Part shown: one piece after another, positions 17,496 to 26,276 of the stretch
How the letters are laid out: every line of letters starts with the position of its first letter
Position numbering within the stretch: the first letter of the stretch is position 1
Assembly (NCBI GenBank): GCA_043802485.1
Contig: JAZDKZ010000006.1
Location: 71,497-135,496, forward strand
Direction: 5' to 3'
Length of the DNA stretch: 64,000 nucleotides
Source: Candidatus Aenigmatarchaeota archaeon
GTDB lineage: Archaea > Aenigmatarchaeota > Aenigmatarchaeia > Aenigmatarchaeales > Aenigmatarchaeaceae
Notes under the pieces: generated by a model
The model's input: the letters and a program-made list of their open reading frames with translations, nothing else
Told to the model about the DNA's origin: nothing
Databases searched by the model: none
Program-made: the position numbers and the translations under genes

Positions 17496-17882
17496 ATGTC
17501 TATAACTCGATTGAAAAGCAAGAGAAAGCTGACTGGTGGTCTGTACAAGAAGCAGAGAAAGAAAAGGAAGAGTGATTTCGGCAAAGACTTTTTTCCTCCA
17601 AAGATTGGCAAGGAAAGAAGGAAGACCATTGACGGTCTGGCTAGGAACAAGAAGGAGAGACTGTTCGAAGTTGAAAAGGCAAACGTCTCTGACGGGTCTG
17701 GAAAGGCCAAGGTTGTAAAGATATTGCACGTTGAGAAGAATCCTGCCAACCCGCACTTTGTGAGAATGAGCATCGTGACAAAGGGCGCTATAATAAAGAC
17801 GGAATTGGGCATGGCCAAGGTAGTTTCTAGGCCTGGGCAGCATGGGGTTGTCAACGCCGTTTTGGTCAAAGAGAAGGAATAA
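17496..17882 (+). CDS. rps8e: 30S ribosomal protein S8e
   Basis: 128 aa; KSKRKLTGG...NPANPHFVRMSIVTKGAIIKTELG..AKVVSRPGQHGVVNAVLV. Confidence 0.9.
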   Translation: MSITRLKSKRKLTGGLYKKQRKKRKSDFGKDFFPPKIGKERRKTIDGLARNKKERLFEVEKANVSDGSGKAKVVKILHVEKNPANPHFVRMSIVTKGAIIKTELGMAKVVSRPGQHGVVNAVLVKEKE

Positions 17883-17965
17883 TTGGAAATTTCTAAATTT
17901 TATATACAGACTTCTCGAAATATAATTTGGAAGATGTAGTGTAAACATAATTAAAATTTGATGAT

Positions 17966-19216
17966 ATGTCAAAAGAACTTGAATCTATTGGTTTGTATAA
18001 AAAGTTAATAGAATTCTCTAGCGATGCCATTATCATGGTTGATAAACTAGGCAGGTTTGCATTTGTTAATAAAAAAACTTTAGAAGTTACAGGTTATAAA
18101 GAAAAAGAATTAATAGGAAAGGGTTTTAAGAAATTAGTCCCAGCTAAACATCTTCCCAAAGCTATTGCCATGCTTAGAAAGGTGAGAAGAGGTTTAGGAA
18201 TTAAACCGTTTGAAATCGAGGTCAGAACTAAAGGTGGCGTATTGATACCATTTGAAATGAACGGTTTAGCTGTTAAAGATAAAGGAAAAAATATTGGAGT
18301 TCAAGTGATTGCAAGGGACATTACCGAGCGCAAGAAAGCAGAAGAGATTCTGAGAAAAAGCGATGAAAAATACAAGATTATATTTGAAGGAACGGCTGAT
18401 GGCATTCTTGTTGCTGATACTAAAAGCCATAGATTTATTTTTGCTAATCCCAGAATTTGTGAAATAACAGGCTATTCATTAAAAGAATTGCTTAAACTAG
18501 GAGTAGGTGATATTCATCCTAAGAAGGATTTGCCTTTTGTAATTGACCGGTTCACAAAACAAGCGCAGAAGAAAATAACTCTCGCCAGAAATATTCCTGT
18601 TCTGAGAAAAGATAAAAAAGTGGTTTATTGCGATGTCAATTCCAAACCCGTAACAATTGACGGACAAGAATATTTAGTGGGCTTCTTTAGAGACATCAGT
18701 GAACGTAGAAAAACTGAAGAAAAAATAAAATATGAAAAAGAATTTTCTGAAACTATTCTCAACATAATGCCTGTTGGATTAGATATTGTTGATAAAGATT
18801 GTATTATTCGATTTATGAATAAAACTTTCTTAGACGTTTTTGGAAAAAAGGCTTTAGGAAAGAAATGCTATGATGTTTATAAAATAAATAAAAAGCAATG
18901 TGACGGTTGTTCTTTAAAAAAACCAATAAAAATTGGTGAGACAAAAACAATAGAGGTTGGGAGTATTGTAGGCAACAAAACGTTTTTGATATCGCATACA
19001 GGGATTTTATTTAATGGAAAAAAACACATTCTGGAAGTTTTCAGGGATATCACAGAGATTAAGAAGTCAGAAGAGGTTTTGAGAAAATCACACGAAGAAT
19101 TAGAGAAATTCTACAAAGTTGCTGTAGGCAGAGAATTGAAAATGATTGAACTGAAAAAGAGAATAAGAGAATTGGAAAGTCCTAATTCAGGAAACCAAGG
19201 AGAAAGAAGAACATGA
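17966..19216 (+). CDS. cytoplasmic sensor protein with two PAS domains, a Cys-containing domain and a C-terminal coiled coil (no kinase domain)
   Basis: repeated PAS/PAC patterns ending ..VIARDITERKKAEE and ..FFRDISERRKTEE and ..VFRDITEIKKSEE; third module has C-x11-C-x2-C; 4-nt overlap with the next gene. Confidence 0.75.
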   Translation: MSKELESIGLYKKLIEFSSDAIIMVDKLGRFAFVNKKTLEVTGYKEKELIGKGFKKLVPAKHLPKAIAMLRKVRRGLGIKPFEIEVRTKGGVLIPFEMNGLAVKDKGKNIGVQVIARDITERKKAEEILRKSDEKYKIIFEGTADGILVADTKSHRFIFANPRICEITGYSLKELLKLGVGDIHPKKDLPFVIDRFTKQAQKKITLARNIPVLRKDKKVVYCDVNSKPVTIDGQEYLVGFFRDISERRKTEEKIKYEKEFSETILNIMPVGLDIVDKDCIIRFMNKTFLDVFGKKALGKKCYDVYKINKKQCDGCSLKKPIKIGETKTIEVGSIVGNKTFLISHTGILFNGKKHILEVFRDITEIKKSEEVLRKSHEELEKFYKVAVGRELKMIELKKRIRELESPNSGNQGERRT

Positions 19217-20217
19217 AAACAATAGGGATTGTTGTTATTGTTGTGATTGGGATTTTAATTGGCAGTTATTACTTCTTTGTGTATGGGGCAGACGTAACTG
19301 AAAAGCCAGCAGAACTTGAGAAAGTTACTGTAACTGCATATGAGGGGGATGTCGCTGTTCTAGTCTATATAGCAAAAGAAAAGGGTTATTTCGAGGAAAA
19401 CGGTCTTGACGTGACAATAAAAAGTTATGCTTCTGGCAGGCTTGCTGCCGATGCGTTATTAGCTGATGAAGCTGATGTCTCTACTTCAGGAGATTTTGCA
19501 TTTGTGAGCGATAGTTTCGCTAATGATGACTTGAGGGTTTTCGGCACAACATCTTACTTTGATTTATGTGAAGTGGTTGCTCGGAAAGACAGAGGCATTT
19601 CAAACCCGAGCGATTTGAAGGGAAAGAAAATCGGGGTTCTTAAAGACGGTGCTCCAGAATTCCATCTCGGGACATTCTTAATATTCAATGGTCTCTCTTT
19701 AGAGGATGTGGAAATCGTTTATTTGAGTGCCGCTGAAACAGTTGAAGCTATCATAGACGGAGAAATCGATGCCACAATGATATGGAACCCATACGCTTAT
19801 ACCATAAAGAACAGCTTGGGTGACAACGCAATAAGCTGGCCCGGTCAAAACGGGCAAAGAATGTACTTTCTGCTGCTTTGCAAGGAGAAATGGATAAAAA
19901 ATAATCCTGACACGGTTAAAAGGTTTACGAAAGCCCTTGTTGAGACAGAAGAATATGCAAAGGCCAATGAAAAAGAAGTTAAAGAGTTTACTATACATAG
20001 ATTTGGTTACGATGCTGATTATTTTGAATCCATATGGAAAGAGATTGACATTTCGGTTGAAATATCCCAGACAATGCTGGTTACATTGGAAGGCCAAGCA
20101 CGATGGAGAATTGTTAATAATCTAACAGATAAAACCGAAATCCCTAATTATTTGGATTACTTTTACACAGATGCTTTGGAAGAGGTTAAACCAGAGTCCG
20201 TAACAATAATACGCTAG
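19213..20217 (+). CDS. membrane-anchored periplasmic-binding-protein-fold protein (NMT1/SsuA/TauA-like)
   Basis: N-terminal TM helix then SBP-like pattern (LKGKKIGVLKDGAPEFHLGTFL..., IDATMIWNPYAY). Confidence 0.65.
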   Translation: MKTIGIVVIVVIGILIGSYYFFVYGADVTEKPAELEKVTVTAYEGDVAVLVYIAKEKGYFEENGLDVTIKSYASGRLAADALLADEADVSTSGDFAFVSDSFANDDLRVFGTTSYFDLCEVVARKDRGISNPSDLKGKKIGVLKDGAPEFHLGTFLIFNGLSLEDVEIVYLSAAETVEAIIDGEIDATMIWNPYAYTIKNSLGDNAISWPGQNGQRMYFLLLCKEKWIKNNPDTVKRFTKALVETEEYAKANEKEVKEFTIHRFGYDADYFESIWKEIDISVEISQTMLVTLEGQARWRIVNNLTDKTEIPNYLDYFYTDALEEVKPESVTIIR

Positions 20218-20237
20218 CTGGGCACGGTAGATAAAAA

Positions 20238-21863
20238 GTGAAAATAAAAAACAAACTCCTCATAGGGATTATACTCTCAATTACATTTGTTGTTATAGTG
20301 TCATCTGTAATGTTCCTGTCTAATAAAGAAATAAATAAAAAAAATAAAGAACACCAAGCGACAGATGATATACGTCTGGCTGTATCAGAGCTCGATATAA
20401 TCATGTACGAGTATCTATTGTATCACGAAGAGAGGATGATACAGCAATGGAATTCTAAATATGATTCAACAGCGAAGACTCTGGCAGAATTAGAAGAGTT
20501 AACTGTAGAAGAATCAGAAGAAGAATTAATAACATCAATACGCGATGATTATACCGTTTTTGGTGCTTTATTTTCGCAAGTAACTGCAGCTCATGACAAA
20601 AGACAGACACTCATTCAAGAAGGAGCTTCTCAAGAAGAGATCGATGAGACTGCTCGTTTAGAAGAAATAATGGTTGCCCAGATGTTAACGAGAGCACAAA
20701 GAATAATCACTAGTACCACCTTTCTTTCTGACATTTCGCACAAGAGTACGATTAGAATTCAGTCACAAAACAACGACTTGATTTCATTTTTTAGGACTAT
20801 TCTTGTTATCTCTATAACGTTTACATTGGTCCTTGTTGGCAGAAGCATCTCAAAACCCCTTGATAAACTAGTAAAGGGGGCAGAAAAAATCGGCAAAGGA
20901 AATTTCGAATATAGAATTGATGTCAAATCAAAGGATGAGATGGGAGAACTCGGTTCAGCTTTCAACAGGATGGCTGCTGATTTGAAAAAATCAAGAGATA
21001 AGACTGAGAGATACGGTGGAAGTCTTGAAAAAAAGGTTGCTGAATTGACAAAAACTAAGACTGCTATGCTAAATATGACGGAGGATTTGGACAGCACTAA
21101 CAAAAAGCTTTTAGAAACCCAGAAAGCTTTGAAAAAGAACTTTAGGTCTCTGGAAAGCTTGGACAAGGAAAAGGACGCTTTCATATCAATATCGGCGCAT
21201 GAATTAAAGACCCCGATAACTGCGATACATGGTTTTGCTCAGCTTTTGGAGAATGAAGACGTGATTAAGAATCCTGAGATGAGAAAAAAATATTTGAAAA
21301 TAATAGACCAAGAAACAAAGCGTCTGGGAAATCTGGTAACGGAAATACTTGATCTTTCTAGGATAGACCTAAATACGGTCAGGTTCACCAAAGAAAACAT
21401 AAATCTCTATGAAGTTCTGGAAAGTATAAAAGAGGAGGAAGAAACAAAAATAAAGAGTAAGGACCTTAAAATAATTCTTGATTTGCAAAAAGACCTGCCT
21501 ATTATCTATACTGACAAAGAAAAAGTCACACAGGTATTAATAAACCTAATAGACAACGCTATGAAATACACTCCAAAGGGGGCTATAACAGTCAAAGTGA
21601 TTAGGAAAGGGGATGGCATTCAGGTTTCAGTGTCTGATACAGGCTTGGGCATACCAAAGGAAAGTTTCAAAAAAATATTTACCAGATTCTATCAAGTCGA
21701 CTCTTCCTACACAAGGAAAGTTGGCGGTTCGGGGTTGGGCCTTTCCATCTGCAAGGAGTTTATCAATGCGCTTGGTGGTAGGATATGGTTTGAAAGCAAG
21801 GTTGGAAAGGGCAGCACGTTCTATTTTACTTTACCGATAAGAACAAGACGTAAAAAATTATGA
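20238..21863 (+). CDS. sensor histidine kinase (TM - extracytoplasmic helical region - TM - HAMP - HisKA - HATPase_c)
   Basis: HAMP SKPLDKLVKGAEKIGKGNFEYRIDVKSKDEMGELGSAFNRMAADL; H-box SAHELKTPITAI; N/G boxes LIDNAMKYT, DTGLGI, GGSGLGLSI; GTG start. Confidence 0.9.
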   Translation: MKIKNKLLIGIILSITFVVIVSSVMFLSNKEINKKNKEHQATDDIRLAVSELDIIMYEYLLYHEERMIQQWNSKYDSTAKTLAELEELTVEESEEELITSIRDDYTVFGALFSQVTAAHDKRQTLIQEGASQEEIDETARLEEIMVAQMLTRAQRIITSTTFLSDISHKSTIRIQSQNNDLISFFRTILVISITFTLVLVGRSISKPLDKLVKGAEKIGKGNFEYRIDVKSKDEMGELGSAFNRMAADLKKSRDKTERYGGSLEKKVAELTKTKTAMLNMTEDLDSTNKKLLETQKALKKNFRSLESLDKEKDAFISISAHELKTPITAIHGFAQLLENEDVIKNPEMRKKYLKIIDQETKRLGNLVTEILDLSRIDLNTVRFTKENINLYEVLESIKEEEETKIKSKDLKIILDLQKDLPIIYTDKEKVTQVLINLIDNAMKYTPKGAITVKVIRKGDGIQVSVSDTGLGIPKESFKKIFTRFYQVDSSYTRKVGGSGLGLSICKEFINALGGRIWFESKVGKGSTFYFTLPIRTRRKKL

Positions 21864-22079
21864 AGCGAGTTTAATCTTATATTTTTTGTAAATCGGCGTA
21901 AATTTAGCTTTAGCCGTCTCCTCTCCCGTCAGTCTTGATAAGAAGAATGTGCACTCATCTAGGAAATCTTTTGGATATTTCTCTGGGTCTTCAAAGGAGT
22001 CTAGCTGCTTGGCTACCATTTCTCCCAACAGCTCTCCTATAACTTTTTTCGCATCATTTTTCAAAGTCAAGACATGCAC
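21858..22079 (-). CDS. hypothetical small soluble protein
   Basis: 73-aa ORF, last gene of the TM-protein operon; no motif recognised. Confidence 0.35.
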   Translation of the reverse strand: MHVLTLKNDAKKVIGELLGEMVAKQLDSFEDPEKYPKDFLDECTFFLSRLTGEETAKAKFTPIYKKYKIKLAS

Positions 22080-22083
22080 CTTA

Positions 22084-22422
22084 TCATCCCTTTATGTACT
22101 CCAAGTACCTTTTCTGGAGCATGAAGCAGCCAATGAAAAATATTATGGACCCTATTGAACATAGGACTAGTATATGTATAGAACCGTAAAGTGTTTTCGG
22201 AAAGCCGCCGTGTATACCAGAAAGACAAACAATTTCCCCCGTTTGATGAAGTATTGCGAACAAGAACATTCCAGAACCTATCATAAACGCGTATTTTTTG
22301 AACTTTTCTCCGCCAAAAAATTTTAGAAATCCTATTAACATAACAGTTCCGATTATCAAGAAAAAAGCGCTATATACTTCAGCACCAAGTATTTCCCAGT
22401 GCGCAAGAGTCTCAATCACCAT
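22084..22422 (-). CDS. hypothetical membrane protein (paralog of 22412..22744)
   Basis: 112 aa, 3-4 predicted TM helices; shares FAILHQTGEIV / FAIFHEGLEVIH motif with its neighbour. Confidence 0.5.
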   Translation of the reverse strand: MVIETLAHWEILGAEVYSAFFLIIGTVMLIGFLKFFGGEKFKKYAFMIGSGMFLFAILHQTGEIVCLSGIHGGFPKTLYGSIHILVLCSIGSIIFFIGCFMLQKRYLEYIKG

Positions 22423-22744
22423 CCTTTTTTCTCCTTAAGGACAAAAGACTCGTAATCTCTTTTTTTAGAAGAACGGCTGCGGCAAAATACGACGTAGTCA
22501 GCAAGACTGAGATAATCAAGAACTGCATTTCGAAATTTTGTAAATCATACAATCCGTGTATTACTTCAAGGCCTTCGTGAAAAATAGCAAAAGAGATTAT
22601 AACAACGCACATGAAAATCGAATAGATTTTGGATTTTTTCGAGCCGAATTTTAAGAAGAATCTTATAAGGAAAACCGCACCAAGAGTAAGGAAGAGCATG
22701 CTTATCGCATCTGCCAAAACCATCTCCAAAGGAACATATGTCAT
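22412..22744 (-). CDS. hypothetical membrane protein (paralog of 22084..22422)
   Basis: 110 aa, hydrophobic helices; 11-nt and 4-nt overlaps with the flanking genes. Confidence 0.5.
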   Translation of the reverse strand: MTYVPLEMVLADAISMLFLTLGAVFLIRFFLKFGSKKSKIYSIFMCVVIISFAIFHEGLEVIHGLYDLQNFEMQFLIISVLLTTSYFAAAVLLKKEITSLLSLRRKKDGD

Positions 22745-23205
22745 TCGTACATCTCCGTCAACGCGCCGACAATGGCATAACTCAGCACCGAGTACAGTAT
22801 GAGCGACTCTCCAATGCCCACAAAAGGCATTACAGAGCCTGTCATGCTTGGATTAAGGCCTGCCAAAGAAAATCCTGCCGTAGTGAGCAAATGGCCCAAT
22901 AGTCCCATTCCGACTGTTATCTCGCCAAGACCCCATCTTATGTTAAGCTTCTCTACTCTGTTTTTTATCCTCAAATCATAGAGCAAAAAAAGCAGTAGAA
23001 AGGATATGCAGAGACTATGAACATGCGCTACCTTTAAAAATGAAGGTATCTCTTCACCGCTTGACAGCATCTCAGCCATTTTGAGCCCTATCCAGAGCGC
23101 ATAAACTACCATAAAATATATTGTGTACAGATACACCTTTCTGATGGAACTTTTCCAGCCATTTATGGAGCCAGTGTCTTCTGGTTTATCTGGCATTTTT
23201 TTCAT
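22741..23205 (-). CDS. hypothetical membrane protein
   Basis: 154 aa, about 4 TM helices, conserved-looking HVHS motif; first gene of a 4-gene overlapping operon. Confidence 0.5.
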   Translation of the reverse strand: MKKMPDKPEDTGSINGWKSSIRKVYLYTIYFMVVYALWIGLKMAEMLSSGEEIPSFLKVAHVHSLCISFLLLFLLYDLRIKNRVEKLNIRWGLGEITVGMGLLGHLLTTAGFSLAGLNPSMTGSVMPFVGIGESLILYSVLSYAIVGALTEMYE

Positions 23206-23305
23206 AAAAAGTATTTGTCAAGGCCGTACTTAAAAGATAGTTTTTATATGCTCGCAAGTAACAAATTATTTTATATATTCGCTTGAATAACAATTAAGTG
23301 TTTTA

Positions 23306-23674
23306 ATGGCCAAGAAAATAATGGTTGTGGACGACGAGATAAACATAGCAGAACTTGTCAAAGCTATACTTGAGCATGAAGGGTTCGAGGTTATAGGACT
23401 GAATAACGGACAAGCGTGCTTGGAGAAATTGAAAACAGTCAAACCGGACCTGATACTCATGGACATGATGATGCCTAGGATGAGCGGACGAGAAACAACA
23501 GAAAAAATAAGGGCCAACCCAAAAACCAAGAACATCAAAGTTGCATTTCTAACCGTGGCAAGGTTCTCTGAAGTGGGCAAGGGTAAGCTAAGGGATTTGA
23601 ACGTCTCGGATTACATCACAAAGCCTTTTGATAATAACGACTTGATAGAGCGCGTGAAGAAGGTTGTCGGCTAA
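23306..23674 (+). CDS. single-domain response regulator (CheY-like receiver)
   Basis: IMVVDDE, phospho-acceptor LILMDMMMPRMSG, conserved T (FLTV) and K (YITKPF). Confidence 0.9.
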   Translation: MAKKIMVVDDEINIAELVKAILEHEGFEVIGLNNGQACLEKLKTVKPDLILMDMMMPRMSGRETTEKIRANPKTKNIKVAFLTVARFSEVGKGKLRDLNVSDYITKPFDNNDLIERVKKVVG

Positions 23675-24210
23675 TCAAGATCCATTGTTTTGTCTGCAAA
23701 CATTTTCAAGTCATTGATTAATTCTCTATTTTCTTTTTCTGGAACACTGTCACTTTTCAGAGCAATGAAAATTTTTTTGACATCTTCATTCTTGTTAGTT
23801 AAGCCATGAGTAAATTGAAGTACAGAGAAGCTTTCTTGATATATCAATAAAGCAGATATTGTGTCAAAAAGCAAGACGTTGCATTTTTGCTTTTTGATTA
23901 CATTCTCTATTGCCCGCTTGATCATTTTTATGTTGTTTGGTGAGCTGACAAACGTACAATTCCTATGCGATTTTAATTTTTCATAATGGCTGCTTAGAAC
24001 ATCAACAAAGAAGAAGAATTTTGTATTTATTTTGTTTTTCCTCAATTCGTTCAAGACATCTTTATATGGCCTGCTTAGGCACACATAGCATATCTTGCTC
24101 TTTGATTTCTCTACAGATAGGACTATCTTGTTTAGCTGATTCATGTATTGTGCTTCGCTTAGCAAAATAAGTAAGAACTTGTTCTGGGTTGTTTCTTTTA
24201 TAATATTCAC
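23671..24210 (-). CDS. KaiC/RecA-fold-like protein lacking a Walker A motif (probably inactivated)
   Basis: 179 aa; strand-helix pattern of KaiC-like domains (ICYVCLSRPYKDVLNEL..., VLLFDTISALLIY, IFIALK) but no GxxGxGKT; GTG start with GGAG 11 nt upstream. Confidence 0.45.
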   Translation of the reverse strand: MNIIKETTQNKFLLILLSEAQYMNQLNKIVLSVEKSKSKICYVCLSRPYKDVLNELRKNKINTKFFFFVDVLSSHYEKLKSHRNCTFVSSPNNIKMIKRAIENVIKKQKCNVLLFDTISALLIYQESFSVLQFTHGLTNKNEDVKKIFIALKSDSVPEKENRELINDLKMFADKTMDLD

Positions 24211-24246
24211 TTAAGACAACTCCTTTTAAATATTACAATTAAGCTA

Positions 24247-24293
24247 GTATAAACATATATGTTTAAACATATAGAATTATGTTTAAACATATA
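24247..24293. promoter_or_regulatory. putative operator: two palindromes centred on GTTTAAAC plus a third half-site
   Basis: TATATGTTTAAACATATA (24256..24273, perfect 18-nt palindrome) and TATGTTTAAACATA (24278..24291), centres 20 bp apart; related gtATAAACATATA at 24247..24259; sits in a divergent intergenic region. Confidence 0.5.
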
Positions 24294-24329
24294 AGTAATA
24301 TATATAAATATAGAAAATAATAGTTTAAT

Positions 24330-24449
24330 ATGTCAATTCTCCATTACGGTAACACTACAAAAAACGGAGAGACACTGAACAGATCAAAGAATCATCTTTC
24401 TGAAAAAAACAACGAACTAAACGGGGCTATCGAATTTGTCGGGTATTGA
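24330..24449 (+). CDS. 39-aa mini-ORF (possible precursor/leader peptide), translationally coupled to the UbiA gene
   Basis: MSILHYGNTTKNGETLNRSKNHLSEKNNELNGAIEFVGY; TATATAAATA box about 25 nt upstream of the ATG; its TGA stop overlaps the next ATG (TGATG). Confidence 0.3.
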   Translation: MSILHYGNTTKNGETLNRSKNHLSEKNNELNGAIEFVGY

Positions 24450-25246
24450 TGATGAAAGATATAACCAGAAACTTGGTAGGCTTTATAAGACTTAAAGTCT
24501 GCATTTTCATAAGTACGATAGGAATTATCGGGTTTCTTCTTTTCAACAATATTGGTGTTAAGCTGTTATTTGTCTTTTTGGCGTCGTTCCTGATATCCGC
24601 TGGCTCCTATTCCTTGAACAACCTGACAGACACTAAGGAAGACATGATAAACAGAAAAAAAATCAATCCCTTTGTTCTTGGTAAGAGGGGCTTTATACTG
24701 GTTTCTCTCCTTTTTCTTTCTGGACTGTTTTTTTCAATGTTTCTGTCTTTTTATTCAATCGTATTTTCTTTGATAGGAATTCTGACGAGTATACACTATT
24801 CCTACTTTAAGCTCAAGAAATATTTTTTGGTGAAAAATCTTTACACCGGTTTTGGAATCAGCATAGTGTTTTTGGTCGGCACCAGCAAAATAGGTCTCGA
24901 CGTTTTGTACTATTACTTTCTAATCCTGTTTTTCATTGTGATTATGAGTATGATTTCTGATCTTAGAGACTATGTTGGAGACAAGGCGATTGGTTTCAAA
25001 ACTCTCCCAGTTTTTTTGGGATACAGCAGAGCATTGAAAATAGTATCTGCGTTGATAAGCATATTTTCGTCGTCTCTTCTCCTTTTTAGTCGCATTATAA
25101 TCCTTCTGCCTTTTTCTCTGGCAATAATGTATTCCCTTTACAAGAACAAACCTTTGGTTTCGCATACTTTGGGTTTGTATTCCTTTATTTTTCTAATGTT
25201 TTGGTTAGTTCTAGGAAGTGTGTTTAATGTGTATGGTTACGTTTGA
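24449..25246 (+). CDS. UbiA-family membrane prenyltransferase
   Basis: 8-9 TM helices; Asp-rich motifs NNLTDTKEDMINR and DLRDYVGDKAIG. Confidence 0.8.
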   Translation: MMKDITRNLVGFIRLKVCIFISTIGIIGFLLFNNIGVKLLFVFLASFLISAGSYSLNNLTDTKEDMINRKKINPFVLGKRGFILVSLLFLSGLFFSMFLSFYSIVFSLIGILTSIHYSYFKLKKYFLVKNLYTGFGISIVFLVGTSKIGLDVLYYYFLILFFIVIMSMISDLRDYVGDKAIGFKTLPVFLGYSRALKIVSALISIFSSSLLLFSRIIILLPFSLAIMYSLYKNKPLVSHTLGLYSFIFLMFWLVLGSVFNVYGYV

Positions 25247-26276
25247 GTGGGACAATTGTGACGCAAGGGAGAAGGTAAGAAAATTTGAAATGACAAATTC
25301 TCTAAGCTGGGTAGTTTTGGAGCTTACAAGCCTTTGTAATTTTAACTGTGTTTGGTGTTACGCTAATTCGAATACTCATGGTAGTCATATGAGTAAGAAA
25401 GATTCAAAAAGAATCATTCGTTTGCTAGCCGACAATGAAATAAGACAGATCACTTATTCAGGGGGAGAACCTTTGATGTACCCTTACATCAAGGATGTTG
25501 TGAGAGAAGCCCATGAGTATGGTATGGTTGTTCACATGAATACAAACGGCTACTTTCTAACAAAAAAGATTGCCGAGGAGTTGCGAAGACTTGGTCTATC
25601 TCAAGTTCAGATAGACATTGATAGCCTAAAATCTGAAACACATGACAGAATACGAGGTAAAAGCAACTCTTTCTATAGGGCGGTTAACGCATTAAAAAAT
25701 GCGAAAGAGGTTGGTATAACATGTGTTTGTCAAACAGTATTGACCAAAGTCAATGAAAAGGAAGTTTTAGACATATTCAAATTTGCCCGCAGTTTAGGAA
25801 TACAGCGTTGCAGGGTTTCTGACATGACTCACGAAGGCCGCGCGACAGAAAAGTCGGATATGAGACCGACTGATTATATGAAAACTCTTCAGAGTCTTTC
25901 TGGATTTTCACACAATACAGGTGTAAAAAGCATAGAATGTGGTGATCCTATATTTCCTTTGAACTATAAAGATGAGACTGAGATTACGGGAGGTTTTTGT
26001 CCTGCAACAAAAGGCATGTTTACTCTTATTTCTAATCATGGCGGTGTTTATTTTTGTGGCGTATACAGAAAATTACTATACAATGTTTTTAATCTCATAG
26101 AACATGGAGAAAATTTGAAAGAATTTCACAAGATGAGACTCGAAAAGTTCTTAGAAAGCAATATTCCTTCCAAGTGCGGAGGCTGTAGGCATTACAAAAT
26201 TTGCCGTGGCGGCTGTCCTGCCAGACGGGATTGCGAGAAAGATATCGTTGATTACTGGTGCAATAACTTTAATTAA
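25227..26276 (+). CDS. radical SAM enzyme with C-terminal SPASM domain
   Basis: CNFNCVWC (Cx3Cx2C) cluster motif, GGEPLMYP, C-terminal CGGCRHYKICRGGC (Cx2Cx5Cx3C); start uncertain (25218/25227/25290); overlaps the UbiA 3' end. Confidence 0.85.
   Translation: MCMVTFEWDNCDAREKVRKFEMTNSLSWVVLELTSLCNFNCVWCYANSNTHGSHMSKKDSKRIIRLLADNEIRQITYSGGEPLMYPYIKDVVREAHEYGMVVHMNTNGYFLTKKIAEELRRLGLSQVQIDIDSLKSETHDRIRGKSNSFYRAVNALKNAKEVGITCVCQTVLTKVNEKEVLDIFKFARSLGIQRCRVSDMTHEGRATEKSDMRPTDYMKTLQSLSGFSHNTGVKSIECGDPIFPLNYKDETEITGGFCPATKGMFTLISNHGGVYFCGVYRKLLYNVFNLIEHGENLKEFHKMRLEKFLESNIPSKCGGCRHYKICRGGCPARRDCEKDIVDYWCNNFN

Noticed and set aside
17469-17972. 167-aa and 125-aa minus-strand ORFs across the rps8e locus
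   Set aside because: They are antisense to a confidently identified S8e gene and have no motifs. Their Leu/Ser/Phe-rich composition is typical of reverse-frame artefacts.
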